From Eledone cirrhosa (taxonomy: Eukaryota), in NCBI GenBank assembly GCA_964016885.1, contig OZ024740.1, positions 98,146,001 through 98,210,000 on the forward strand: DNA of 64,000 nt, given 5' to 3'. The notes under the pieces were generated by a model, which saw only the letters and a list, made by a program, of their open reading frames with translations, did no database searches and had not been told where the DNA came from. The translations under genes and the position numbers were made by a program. How positions within the stretch are numbered: position 1 is the stretch's first letter; each line of letters opens with the position of its first letter. Shown here one piece after another: positions 38,490 through 51,963 of this stretch.

Positions 38490-39255
38490 TAGGTTATGTA
38501 AGAAATGCTTAGGATTATCCTGAATGCAGTAATGGTTAATTAGTACACTAGATAGAGTTGACGTATGGTGAGGGGTTACTCAACGAGTTATGGAAGAATA
38601 GTTGAAGAAACTCAGTTTCTGATCCTTCTGTTTTCCGAGTGTAGATAAAGAATGAATAATAACAGGTTGACATCATAAAAAGGTAATTTATTCCGAGTGC
38701 TTACAAATGTTTCAACAGTAGTTATACAGCCTAGTCATGCTATGTGCAAATTGGTGATTATTTGTTTGCAGAAACTCAATTTTGAAATGCTGCTTCTACT
38801 GTTTCCTCAGAGCAGAATGGTTAAAATGTAAATACCCTTGTATTTCTTAAAGGAAGTTATTGGGGACGATGTAGTAGAAAAGAAAGGGGAGAGAGAGAGA
38901 TGTAGGGGTTGGAGAAATGGGAGAGAGTGGTTTGAAGAATACTGATAGCTTAATCAAAATGTTGTGGTAGGGGTTTTATTATACTGTTTACTCTCAAAGT
39001 GACAACCTTAGGCTTTGTGTTGATATAGTCAAGTTTGGAATTATTTATTGCCACAGAGAGCAGGTTCATAGATGTGGAGAGGGAGGGAGGTAGACCGAGG
39101 AAATGGTAGAAGCAGCATTTGAAAATTGAGTTTCTGCAAACAAATAATTACCAATTTGCACATAGCATGACTAGGCTGTATAACTACTGTTGAAACATTT
39201 GTAAGCACTCGGAATAAATTACCTTTTTATGATGTCTACCTGTTATTATTCATTC

Positions 39256-39262
<7 letters not shown>
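38490..39262. mobile_element. Penelope-like non-coding element with an inverted repeat of about 160 bp
   Basis: 38647-38808 is the reverse complement of 39097-39258; contains a hammerhead; flanked by (TA)n. Confidence 0.7.
38698..38814 (-). ncRNA. Type I hammerhead ribozyme with extended stem II
   Basis: TGCT-CTGAGGA-AACAGTAG..(74 nt)..CTACTGTT-GAAAC-ATTT-GTA^AGCA. Confidence 0.8.
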
Positions 39263-39288
<26 letters not shown>

Positions 39289-39292
<4 letters not shown>

Positions 39293-40168
39293 AAAATGGA
39301 GAACTGCGTGGTTGCACATGTGTTACATATGAATAAAATTAGTCCTTCATCAGTGATCTTCCAACCTTCATTGGTATTTCATCGCTTTAAAAATCATATA
39401 CCTCTAGTTGGCACGAGCAATAAATCAATAAAGTTATTGGGACAAGTAAAATAGGGTGAAACAAGCGAGACATGTAAACAAACAAAGATGGTATTGCGAT
39501 GGAAAGATAGGAAGAAACAAGTACATGATATCTGTAAGCTTAAGCTTGGTGAATTCATGGACGAGGGAGATATACACACCATCCGACATGGGTGAGATGT
39601 GAGCGAGAAAAGGATTTCACACAGGTCAAACAGGAGGAAGTGAGAAAGGGGGAGAAGCAGAGAGTGAGTGAGTGGAAGTGTGAGGAAGAGACCAGCCGAG
39701 AGAGAGTGTGACTGGCAGAAGGGGTAAAAAGAAGGTGAGAGATACAGAGAGGGGGGAAGCAGTAAGAAAGAAACAGACAATCGCTGCTGAGGAAAAAATA
39801 TAAATATCAGAAAAATGGAGAATTGCGTGGTTGCACATGGGTTACATATTAATAAAATTAGTCTTTCATCAGTGATCTCCCAACTTTCATCGCTTTAAAA
39901 ATCATATACCTCCAGTTGGCGCGAGCAATAATTCAATAAAGTTATTGGGACAAGTAAAATAGGGTGAAACGAGCGAGACATGTAATATCTTTCCGTTGCA
40001 ATACCATCAATGTTTGTTTACATGTCTCGCTCGTTTCACCCTATTTTACTTGTCCCAATAACTTTATTGAGTTATTGCTCGTACCAACTAGAGGTATATG
40101 ATTTTTAAAGCGATGAAATACCAATGAAAGTTGGGAGATCACTGATGAAGGACTAATTTTATTCATAT
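39289..40168. repeat. Direct + inverted repeat cassette (Penelope pLTR-like arrangement)
   Basis: 39289-39509 repeated directly at 39809-39985 and inverted at 39986-40168; flanked by (TA)n. Confidence 0.85.
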
Positions 40169-40177
40169 ATATATATA

Positions 40178-40380
40178 TAATTGTTTCTGCTTTTGGCACA
40201 GGGCCAGTAATTACCCCAGTGCATTACTGGCACTTTATTTTATCACCCCCCCCCCCCCCTCCCCATGATGAAAGGCAAAGCTAACCATGGCAAGATTTGA
40301 ACTCACAATGTAAAGAGCCATAACTCTATACTGCAAAGCATGGTGTCTGATGCTCTACCAATACTGCCAAACCACTGCCC
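40178..40380 (-). mobile_element. SINE S1
   Basis: Reverse complement of the 11035-11220 family. Confidence 0.8.
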
Positions 40381-42461
40381 TATATATATAATATGTATAC
40401 ATAGCTACATATCTATTTATCTATTAAATGATGATGATGATGAGGAGGATATATTTATATAAATTTTGAATATTACTACCTATCATTTATTTCCAGATGA
40501 GTTATTACTGCCATATGTCATTTATCAAATTGTGCAGATAGTATTTAGGATTATATTACTAATCATAATATCCTATACAGGGATGTCTCTACAGTCGTTG
40601 AAGCATATATCCTCAAATCATTTGTGCACTGGTCATGATGTATTATAAAGTGCATAGAAAATGCCAAAGAAAATCTACTATGGTTAATTAGGAACACATT
40701 TGAAAAATGGAACGTCTTTTTTTAATCTTCCAGTCTATTCTTATCAAGGAAGTCTAGAGTCAATTGCATTCTGGGAACGATCATATCATGTCTTAGTATG
40801 TCTAAGATTACATTGTAGTATGTTTTCTTTCTTTTTAACCCTCTCACTTCTATATTTTTTATTAAAAGATAGTTTCCTTAATAATTTTGAATGTAATCAA
40901 GAATTGGCAAAGATTTAATAATATATGAGTAATTAACTTTCTCATATTTTTATCTGGTTCTTTAAACATAATTTATCAAATTTTCTTATAAGAAATGTTG
41001 ATGCAAGTTTTAAATTTAAATATAAACATTTTTAAAGAAGCAACTTTATATTACAGAAACATGTGCATTTTAAGGTTGTTTGATTTCAAAATTTTACAGC
41101 AGGATGATCGGAAAATTATACAATCTGAATTCTCCTTCAGAAACCTTTGTACTAACAAATAAATTTCCTTGAAATTACCAGTAAAGGTTTAGCATAATAG
41201 GCAGTAGAATGTAATTTGTGTGGCAGACACAATCCTTCACTTAGTTTAACATCACAGCAGTGTCCTTGAGTGCCTTTAATGGAGATTATAGTGTTTCAAG
41301 CATTTACATGACATCTCCAGTTTGAGAACACTCCATCTTTACCTCCAAACAGTAAAAAAAATGTTGAGGGAAATTTGGCTGCTAGTTGAATAACTGCAGA
41401 GATGCACCTATTTTAGCTTGTTAGGTGAGCCATAATAAAACGTGGTAATTTGAAAATATTTTTATGCATACATATTTATAAATGTTTCTATTGCCTACCA
41501 TACAGCACTTCGCCTGCCTTCTGAAATCATATAATTGCAATGAAGTTTAATATTCTTAGCCAGAATTTTTTATAGCTTAATCAACAAAGGAAGTGAAATG
41601 TTTTTTTGGTTTTTTTACAGGAACTCTAAGATGGATAAAGTAAATTAAAAAGAAACCACCACTAATTGATTATCTTCTGACTTAGTTTGAATGCTCCCAA
41701 GATAATGTACTCCAATAAAGATACCTAATGACTAGATGGTGGTTGTGGTGAGGTTAGTGATAAACTAAGCAGCACTTTATCGCTTCCAGCAAAAAGTCAC
41801 TTCCACATGAGAAGATATGCATTGTCTCTTCCAGCAAAACACAATAGGAGAACAATATTAATTTCTTACATAGCACAAAGCCAGAGATATTTGGGGAGAG
41901 AACAGACAGCTTTATTAAACCAGTATTTGATTTGTATTTATTCTATCCAACCCGGAATAAGGAAGTGTAATGTGAACTCCAGGTGGGTTTGAACTCAGAA
42001 TCAAATACCACACCCAACGCTAATATTTCTGCCAATTTGCCACCTGAAATTTAGCTACAATTGAATTGTATTGATTATGTTGCTGATTAGTAATATTACC
42101 AGTGCTTGATTAAATGAATGTTAAGATCAGCAATGGAGGAGAGTTTATACACAAAACATTGAAAAAAATGGTGAAGGTCAGGCAATATTATTATGAAAAC
42201 TATATTAAAATTATGATTATGATGATTATTCAGATTATTCCTGCTTCCCTTTAAATGTGTTTTATGTGCAATTTGAGGAAGGCTTTTTTTCACTGCTATT
42301 TCTAGCAGGTTGAACAACCATATGGAATTTCTCTGCTTGTTGATACTGACGAGACAAAGATGATAATGATGATATGTTGTATTCATTACATTGCTTAATG
42401 AGATTCTGCACTAAAATACCACCAGAACAGACTACTGTGTATGATGATAATGTACATTACA

Positions 42462-42640
42462 ATAATTATTTCTACTTTTAGAACAAGGCCAGCAATTACC
42501 CAGTACATTACTGGTACTTTATTTTATCAACCCTGTAAGGATGAAAGGCAAAGTTAACCTCGGCACGGATTTGAACTCAGATTGTAAAGGGACGTAACTA
42601 TGCTGGAAAGCATGTGCAACCCTCTACCAATACTGCCAAT
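42462..42640 (-). mobile_element. SINE S1
   Basis: ACTGGTACTTTATTTTATC..GGATGAAAGGCAAAGTTAACCTCGG..GATTTGAACTC. Confidence 0.82.
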
Positions 42641-43761
42641 TCAATGATGATGGCAATGAGGGTGGTGGTGGTGATGATGAATATAGTTATGGTGATAGCA
42701 GTCATTGAGACAATGACTATCACAATGATGATGATGATGATGACATTAAAGGTGATTAGGTAAGTTATTCATACACCGGGGCTGCTCTGCAATATGAGCC
42801 AGATCACAATCTGCTGCTGTAAGTTGATTAAGTACTTTATTAGTCTCCGGTGAATAGATAAAAATGTTGTATTCATCATTGACCATTACAAATGAAAAAT
42901 TGAACAGGAACATACCTAAGTGAATCTATCCTCCTTTGAATTACTATATAAATATCAGCTCTATATAACTGTATCATTGACTTGCCCATAACATTATATA
43001 CTTAATCTTGCCCTACCCATCCTCCCTCAGTCTTTCATTTTTTTCTTTATGTCATTGAAGAAAATTATAAAATGGATCAAATTCCAGCAGAGAATCAATT
43101 ACATGGGAACACACACGCATATATATAAACACACATATAAATATATATATATATACACACACACATATAAATAAATATATATATATATATATATATACAG
43201 TATATATATATACACGCAGGCATACACACATATGTACACACACACAGAGGCATACGCACACCTGTATATTCATACATACATATATGAATATATATCTGTG
43301 ACAGAGGGTAATGTAATATAAAAAAAAGTAAGAAACTTCAATTAGCTTAAAAAAAATGTATAACAGAAAAGAAAAAATTGGTAGGCCTTGCAGAAATACA
43401 ATAAAGAGTATAATTGGAACCTTGCATAAAGGAACCCTTACAGTGATTCTAGAAAATGATAAGAATTGGCTGGAGGATGCACTGAAAGAGAACATTATAG
43501 AATGGAGAAAAAATGTGAAAATGCAACATAAATATATAAGTATTGATATGTGTACATAATAATCATTATGTTATGTCCTTTTTGCCCTGGTGGCATGGGT
43601 TGGACGGTATATGTGTATGTGTATGTGTATATATATATTATATATATTATATATATATATATGAGAGAGTGAGAGAGAGTGTGTGTCTGCAGTGCTGATA
43701 CTGAATAGACCACTAATCATGGGCATACTCAATGCATAGGTAGATGCACAGCATGTGTGTT

Positions 43762-44085
<324 letters not shown>

Positions 44086-44087
44086 CA

Positions 44088-44144
44088 GAGATTGTCACTG
44101 ATGAAAGATTAAGCAATCTGGAAACACCACTGTCTGACATTCTC
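44088..44144 (+). ncRNA. Minimal type I hammerhead ribozyme
   Basis: GAGATTGTCA-CTGATGA-A-AGATT(AAGC)AATCT-G-GAAACA(CCAC)TGTC^TGACATTCTC. Confidence 0.82.
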
Positions 44145-44650
44145 AATGTTACTGGCAACTCTGATATATTCATAGAGGAAAATGGACAAAAATATTTTTT
44201 TTTTATGCAAAAAAAATGTTTTTTGATAGGAGGCTGCCCATATGTTTATGTATGTTTTCATATGCACCTCTCTCTCTTTCTCCATATATATATATATTTA
44301 TTTATTCATTTTATTAAGACTAAATAGTCATTCTTGTTACTCTGGAGTTCCACACTTCTCTCGGCCATCAACCACACACATATATATTTATATATATATA
44401 TATATATATACAGAGAGAAAGAGTACATACATAGATACATGCAAACATATATAGTTGGGTAGAAAGTTATATAGATAGACAGCCTGACGGGTCAAATTTC
44501 TTGTTTTAGTTGTCCAAAGAAAATGCATAACTCTCTATAAATACATCATTATGAATTAAGAATCTATTTGAATGTAAATAAAAAAATTATAAGCATTTAG
44601 GTAGTATTGGTTACTTCTATACTGCATATATATAGATGTAATTTTATTAT

Positions 44651-45159
44651 ATACTAGCAGTGGTACCCGGCGTTGCATGGGATAAGGTATTTTGGAACGT
44701 GTGCTGCCAACAGACCTAATCGTGGAAAAACAGCTTGCCTGGACAATATGTAAGGAAAATAAACTGAATACTCTGATGGCTGGATAATCTTTAATATTTT
44801 CCTCAATGAAGCAGGAAAAATGCAGGTTTTCACCAAATGGAGGCCTTAGGCCATAAAAAAGTAGGATTTTCTTTGCTCACGGTATGAAGAAGAGACTGAT
44901 TAATACATAGTTAAAATTTCAAGGAAATCGGTCTGACGTAACGCCTCAAAAAAACCCTAAAAAGCTGAAAAGACGCAGTTTTTTCATCTAATGCAGTCGC
45001 TAGGGGATCAAAATGTTGAATTTATGTGCATAACACTCCCTGAAATATAAGTAATATATATGCAAAGTTTGAAAAAATTTGGTTGGGTACTTCTCGAGTT
45101 TTAGGGATTAAAAAACACACACACACACACACACAGACACACAGACACACAGACACACA

Positions 45160-45204
<45 letters not shown>

Positions 45205-45240
45205 ACACACAGAGAGAGAGAGAGTTTTATATAGAGAGAT
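44651..45240 (+). mobile_element. Helentron-associated/DINE-1-like non-autonomous element
   Basis: 5' ATACTAGCAG..TACCCGGCGTTGCATGGG; 3' region with (CA)/(CAGA) microsatellite and TTTTATATAGAGAGAT end. Confidence 0.6.
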
Positions 45241-45343
45241 TTTGCATGTTTTTTCTTGTGCACAACTTAATATTTCTTATATGACTTTTAATTCAGAAAT
45301 TCTAGTTATATCTACTTTAGATTTATTATAAACCTTCACATAT

Positions 45344-47040
45344 ATGCTATGTTCTTGCATGGAATTTACACCTGCAATGTTGCGACGTCACCTTAAGAAT
45401 AAGCGCAACTATGCCTCCCCTGGACATGATGGTGTGACATACCTGCTTCTCAAACGTGGCGGGGATTTCCTTTTGCGCCAGCTTTCTTTTTTCTTTCAAT
45501 ACTGTCTCAGCAATGGTGCTACTCCGGAGCAGTGGAAAACTGCCAGTGTCATTCCCCTGTTCAAAAAGGGCAACCGCATGTTACCTGTCAACTATCGTCC
45601 AGTCAGTCTTACTAGCTGTATGCCAAACTGATGGAATCCTGTGTCAGAGAAACACTTTGGAACTTCTGGAGCTCTCACAGCCTCATCCGGCCCTCACAGT
45701 TTGGATTTATCCCTAACTCCAGCTGCTGTGATCAGCTTATCGAGTTCCTTGAGGACATCACCCTATCACTGACAGCGGCTCATGGGTGGATGTTGTTTAC
45801 CTTGACTTTGCTAAGGCTTTTAATTCTGTGCCACACAAAAGACTTATGGCAAAACTCTCTGCAATGGGTACGAGGGATGATCTTTTCGACTGGCTGAAAT
45901 CCTTCATTCTCAGCCGAAAGGAAGTAGTCACGGTTCTAGGACAGCATTCTTCACCATATGAGATGTCATCTGGTGTACCACAGGGATCTGTTCTTGGTCC
46001 TCTTTTGTTTGTGGCATATATTAATGACATAGATGCCAACTTACAGAATGCCACGGTACTAAAATATGCAGATGACATCAAGCTGTACCTTGAAATCAAA
46101 AGGACTGATCCTGAAATTTACAACTCTTTCCTACAGTCAGACCTGGACACAATGCAGCAATGGATCACAGACTGGCAACTGAAGCTGGCTGTGGACAAGT
46201 GTACCACCATGCATTTTGGAAGGAAAAATCCAGCATCCACATACTCCCTCCACAACACTGACATCAAAAAGTCCTCTTGTGAACGTGACCTGGGCATTAC
46301 AGTCAGCAACGATTTGCGTTGGACAAAGCATGTCTCTAAGATTGTCAAGAAGGCCGAGGGTGTCTTGGCATCACTCAGCAAGACCTTTGTTAGCCACTCT
46401 CCAGCCATCTATTTAAAACTGTATACAGCTATGGTGCGACCACACTTGGAATTCGCATCATCAGTCTGGAACCCCTATCTTGCTCGGAACATTGACCTCC
46501 TGGAAACTGTTCAGAGACGTGCAACCAAGCGCATACCCTCCATCAGACACCTACCATACTCTGAACGCCTTGCTTCCCTGGGCATGGATTCATTGAAGCT
46601 CCGACGTCTGGCAATGGACTTGGTGAATACCCACAAAGTTTTTAACCATCTCGCCAACTGCAACACTGAGCGCCTCTTTGATCTCCATGTGTCTAACACA
46701 CGTGGACATGCCTACAAGATAAGAAAACAGCACAGCTCCCATGACTTTCGCAGACATTTTTTCACGCTCAGAGTTGCTGAAGCATGGAACAAACTGCCTG
46801 CATCAATTGTTAGCTGCCGAGACACTGCATCCTTTAAGACACTCATGCTTCCCGAAATACGCCAAAACTACACCTGATGTACCCCTTCCATACACATGCA
46901 CACATCTGTGTATCATGACTCGTGCACTGTTCATTTTACTGATGTTTGTGCATTGCCCTATGTACTGTACATGCACTTTTTTGATGAGTTGTGGTGCACC
47001 TGGGCACTGTACACAATATTTCATTATTGTTATTGTTATT
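45344..47040 (+). mobile_element. CR1-clade LINE, 5'-truncated, frameshifted RT
   Basis: NYRPVSLTS, DFAKAFNSVPH, SGVPQGSVLGP, YADDIK and VRPHLEF motifs; ORF 45786-46877. Confidence 0.93.
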
Positions 47041-47150
47041 ATATCATGACTCATACACTGTTCATTTTCCTGACATTTGTACATTATTCTATGTACTATA
47101 CATGCCCCTTTGATGAGTTGTAGTGCACCTGAGCACTGTACACAATACTT

Positions 47151-47190
<40 letters not shown>
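47041..47190 (+). mobile_element. Second CR1 3' UTR unit + (TTA)n tail
   Basis: Diverged repeat of 46910-47040. Confidence 0.85.
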
Positions 47191-47191
<1 letters not shown>

Positions 47192-47860
47192 AATATTATA
47201 TATACAAACATAAACATATAGATATGTAAATGTAAGTGAATAAAATAATTCCAAGGTATATATATATATATATACAAAAATATATTATATAGTTCCCATA
47301 GCTGGGCACAAAATATACTTCTGTACACAAACTACACATATGGTAGAAAAAGCTGCAGCTTCATCAACTGGAAAACTGAGAGTGAATTTGAATTTATCTA
47401 GAGAATATATACACTCACAATAACAAAATCCCATGTTGTAAAACAAACTACAAAACCTTGTACATTTCATATCTATCAAATATGTTTTGACTTGTAAGTA
47501 AAGAGTGACTCAATAAATAGAGTTCTATCTATACCTAGAGCATTAATATAATTATTTGTTAACATACAACAAGTAAAAAGTATAGCAGAATGCACAATAA
47601 ACATGGTTCATTGCATTTGCGGAAACACACTTCGTGTTTCTGTATGAAATATATATACATATATATGATATGTGTGTGTGTGTGCGTGTGATTTATTCTG
47701 ATACATATGCTTTGAAATGCTTTGTTATTCAGTTAAGTTTTAATATTACATTAAGTTATATAGCGCTGAACCATGTTCAATATGCACTCTAATAATTTCA
47801 TTTCTAGGTAGTATTTGCTTGAAGATGCCTTCATAATGTATTTTTAGGAGTAATTATATA

Positions 47861-47926
<66 letters not shown>

Positions 47927-48699
47927 CGTGTGTGTATAGATATATACAGATGCCTTATATATAAGTATGTATGTGTATATATAAATATATATACTCCCTC
48001 CTCTATCACTCCTTAGCTATTCTTTCCCTCACTACATCCCTTCCCTTATGTTGCTGAGTGCTCCCCACCGCATCACACTTACCATACATCCATAATTCAT
48101 ATTTATCTCCCTTGTCCCCTTCTAACCCCCACAGAGCTGTGAGGGTTCTTCAGTTGGAAATGGCCAACTACCTCCCTAGTGTTCCCCACCAAATACACCT
48201 CGTATATCCCATAAGATTGTTGGCAATAAGAAGTGCACTCCACTATAGAAACTTTGCCTAAAACATTTGTGAGGACCTGTCAGGTGTGGCAACACCATGA
48301 CAGTCTCCCTAGTGTTTGTTATCTGCAAGATAAATGCACCCTGTACATGCTGTAAAGTGGTTAATGAGAGGATACTTGATCTGTCTGGGAGGCCAGTAGC
48401 CTCGCTTTAGTGCTGACTCAGTCTGTGAAGACTCATCAAAACCTTGCTAGCAGGGAATGCATATGTTAAATGCCTTATAAAATATCTCCTTAGTGGATGA
48501 AAGTTTCAAAATTCTATGGCAAATATCAGAGACTAGATTTTTCAAAATAACTGGGTCGGTGTCATGATCCTATGTTAATATATTTCAGATTTTCATTAGG
48601 TTTATGGCATGGTTTATATATACCTGGCATTAAGTGTATGTTAGGGTTAAGTAAATTGGCTTTAGCCATATTTGTATCTATTGTCTTCTATTAAAACAT

Positions 48700-49050
48700 T
48701 ACAGAACCTGCCCAGGTTAGGGCCATTGCAACAGTGTGTTAAGAAATGGCTTGTCTTGATTTAGGCCAATTATGTGGTTGGGTAATTTATACTTAATTGT
48801 ATGGAGAATGTATAATCCTACCAGTTTGCATACATTAGGGCTTACATACAACCACATCAAGATATCAAAAGAATCGTCTGTATCATATTTTTGTTGTCAA
48901 ACAGGATGGACCTTTGGGCATGCAAACACAAAACTATGGGGTGAAATCTAAAGCTTTGTATAAATATGGCCTAGAAAAAAAATCTATTATATCGAATTGG
49001 GTGAACACAGCTCTATTCATTGGGGGAAAACTGTAAACCAAGATATGTCA
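48700..49050 (-). pseudogene. Highly decayed Penelope-like RT remnant
   Basis: Minus-strand peptide VFTQFDIIDFF near 48980-49012 resembles a PLE RT F.QFDI..FYPSI motif. Confidence 0.35.
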
Positions 49051-50192
49051 GATATGGTGTTCTACTGAAGGAGGTTTCTGCTCTTCTTAATGCAGGTGTT
49101 AATTTCTCTTAACATATTTTTACTTAATTCATCTTCCTGCTTTCAATCACTCATGAATACACAAGCTATGAGACAATGTGTTAATTGATGTGTTAGAAAT
49201 AGTACCTGAGTTACTCTCAATTATGCTGCATTGTCTTAAATTAAGGAGACATTGCATTATGTAACCTCATTTTAGATTATATCTGAATAAAAGAAGGTCT
49301 CTGTTTAAATACATTTGATTGTAGCTCTGATATATCAGGAATGATCTGGAACTTATGAACAAGAACCTCAATTTCATTGAGATATGAGATATCTACAATT
49401 CTTACTCTGCAAAGATCACATTATTATAGAGTTATTACATCCACATAGCACAAAATCTTCACTTCTTTTCCCACCCACTGCCCCTCATCCCCCTAATGCA
49501 TTTTACACACCAATGAACATGCTAAAAACATTTCCACAAACTTCAAAATACTGAAACATAACCCCTTCCAACAGGAAGTTAGAATACTATTCACAGAATA
49601 TCAGCAACGCCACAGCTACTAATATAGATAATGCAGAAGACATATTCAACAAAATAATTATGGAAACTTAAAAAATAATACATTTCACAAAGCTGCATCA
49701 CAGATATAATCTTAACATAATACTTGAAATACTATATATCAACACTTCCGACTCACCAGAGTATAAACATTAGGAAAAATTCTAACAATTCTAAAATGAA
49801 AAACAACCACAACTGAAGCAATATCTTGCTTTCTTATTTGCATCCTTAAAAATCTTAAAATTATGCAGGTCAAATTATCAATATATGTTACTTTGATAAA
49901 CAATCACAAAACTCCCAAAGAATAAATAATTGCTTCAGGTATACACGTCAAATTGTTTTAATCAACATTGACCTCAGTAAAATACTCGATTCTATTTTAT
50001 GACACTTATAAACAAAATAATAATTGCCCTCTTAAAATGACACACATCAATGGTTGACCCTCAGATTAGTCTTTGACATATGTCTATGTATTTTGTTTAT
50101 TGATTTGGTCAGGAAAAAGCAGCTGTCAGCATGCCTTTTACAGGCTCTACCAGACCACTGAAAGTCATATGATTATTGTTTCTATTAAACAG

Positions 50193-50408
50193 GGCAGTAG
50201 ATTGGCAGTATGGGTAAGGCATTGGATAACATGCTTTGCAGCATAGTTATGGCCCTTTACATTTTGAGTTCAAATCCTATTGAGGTTAGCTTTGCCTTTT
50301 ATCCTTATGGGGTCAATAAAATAAATCATCAGTAATACACTGGGGTCAATTAATTCGACTTTCCTCTCCCCACAAAATTGTTGGCATTGTGTCTAAATTA
50401 GAAACCGT
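50193..50408 (+). mobile_element. SINE S1 (diverged)
   Basis: TTGGCAGTATGGGT..GAGTTCAAATCC..GGGGTCAATAAAATAAA. Confidence 0.75.
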
Positions 50409-51963
50409 TATTTTCCTGTTAATCATTTTCAAGTTGATAGCTGCAAGAAAAACATAGAGAAGAAGAGCAATCCAGATAGATGAAGTTCTGAGAAGAGAAA
50501 AACTGGTTGAAATCACTAGTTTATACGTAGGTGAGAAGATAGTATAGGTTATGAGAAGAAGAAAGGTGAGTCAATCAGAATGGAATGAAGGTTACAGAAG
50601 TTGCAGTAGAAAGACAGCGGGAAAAGAAATCTTGTCTGTGGTCCAAACCTTGGAGTGCATTGTTGAGCAACATTGGGCAAGGTGGTCGGATAATCTTTGG
50701 GGAAGGTGAAGTCTAGGATGTTTATATATGTGGAAGCAACACTCTCATATGTGGGAATATTAATCTATGTGGGTTCCATTCAAGCTTTCTAGAGGCTTAA
50801 TAGCTATTAGGGGTTGAAATATTTTCTGGCCTCAAAGCAAAATAAAAGTCTGTGCATGCAATCATCAAAAGAGGTTTCAGTAAATGGTGAATAATATCAT
50901 TTGCAGTGGTCTTGAGGTTTTCTGTGTACCAGAAACAATGAATTAGGATGAGAAATATACATAACAAGGAATGGTTATTTCTACCTGAATTTGATTTGAG
51001 AAAATAGATGTGTAATGAATTGTCTAACATTTAATATTAAACGTGTAAATTTATTCAAATTGACTGAGAAACTGGTAAGTTGGTATGAGACATACTTTGA
51101 ATAGTCCAGATTATTTACGTGATTTCCATCAAAAGATATTTATTACACACATATTTATAACAATGATAGTTTAGTAATTCTTCAATAGTTTTTTTGAAAG
51201 TAACAGAATAAGAAACTTTAAATTATTATTCCTTTACATTCTGAAATATTTTTATTCTATAAGTGTTGTGTGTAAGCAATAACAAAAATAAAGATAAAAT
51301 CATATTTCTGATTCAGACATATATAGCGAAGCATTGATTTTCTTAAATTAGCGCCAAGCAAATTACTGTTTTTAAAGACAAGGATGAAATATATTCTGAG
51401 TCTATAACTTAAAAATCGATATTGAACAATACAGTAATTGATTTGATAGGAATTCCAATGATTTGATGTTTCAGCAATGAATTCCAAAGAAACATTTTCA
51501 AAAACCTATTAGGCCAACTGTTGATATACGAAAAACTAATGACTAAACCAATTGCTTCATCAACTTTCTTTTCAAGCTGATGCAATAAACAGAAAAATTA
51601 TGGTATTTAAATATAAATTTACTAAAGATCAACAAACATGCTTGTGATTATGTGCTACATGGTGTAATATGTAGGACAGTTAATGAGGTTATATATATGT
51701 ATATATAATATTGGCAGTAAAATTAGGAGAAACAAATTCAATATGTAAGTAGAGTAATATATATTTTATAGTACCTGTGAATTTCTTGTCTTAGTCCACT
51801 TTTAGAAATTGATTTGAAAAAGTGCTCTTAAGCATGAAACTCCTAGACTTCAAGCCACTAATGTAGGTTCACAATTATCATAATGATTTCTGATTTAAGC
51901 ACAGGGCCAGCAATATGGTGGAAAGGAAAGTTGATTAAATCAGACCTAGGATATATACATATA

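Noticed and set aside
39340-39360. CTGATGA hammerhead-like core in the triple repeat
   Set aside because: No stem II followed by GAAA could be built in type I, II or III topology
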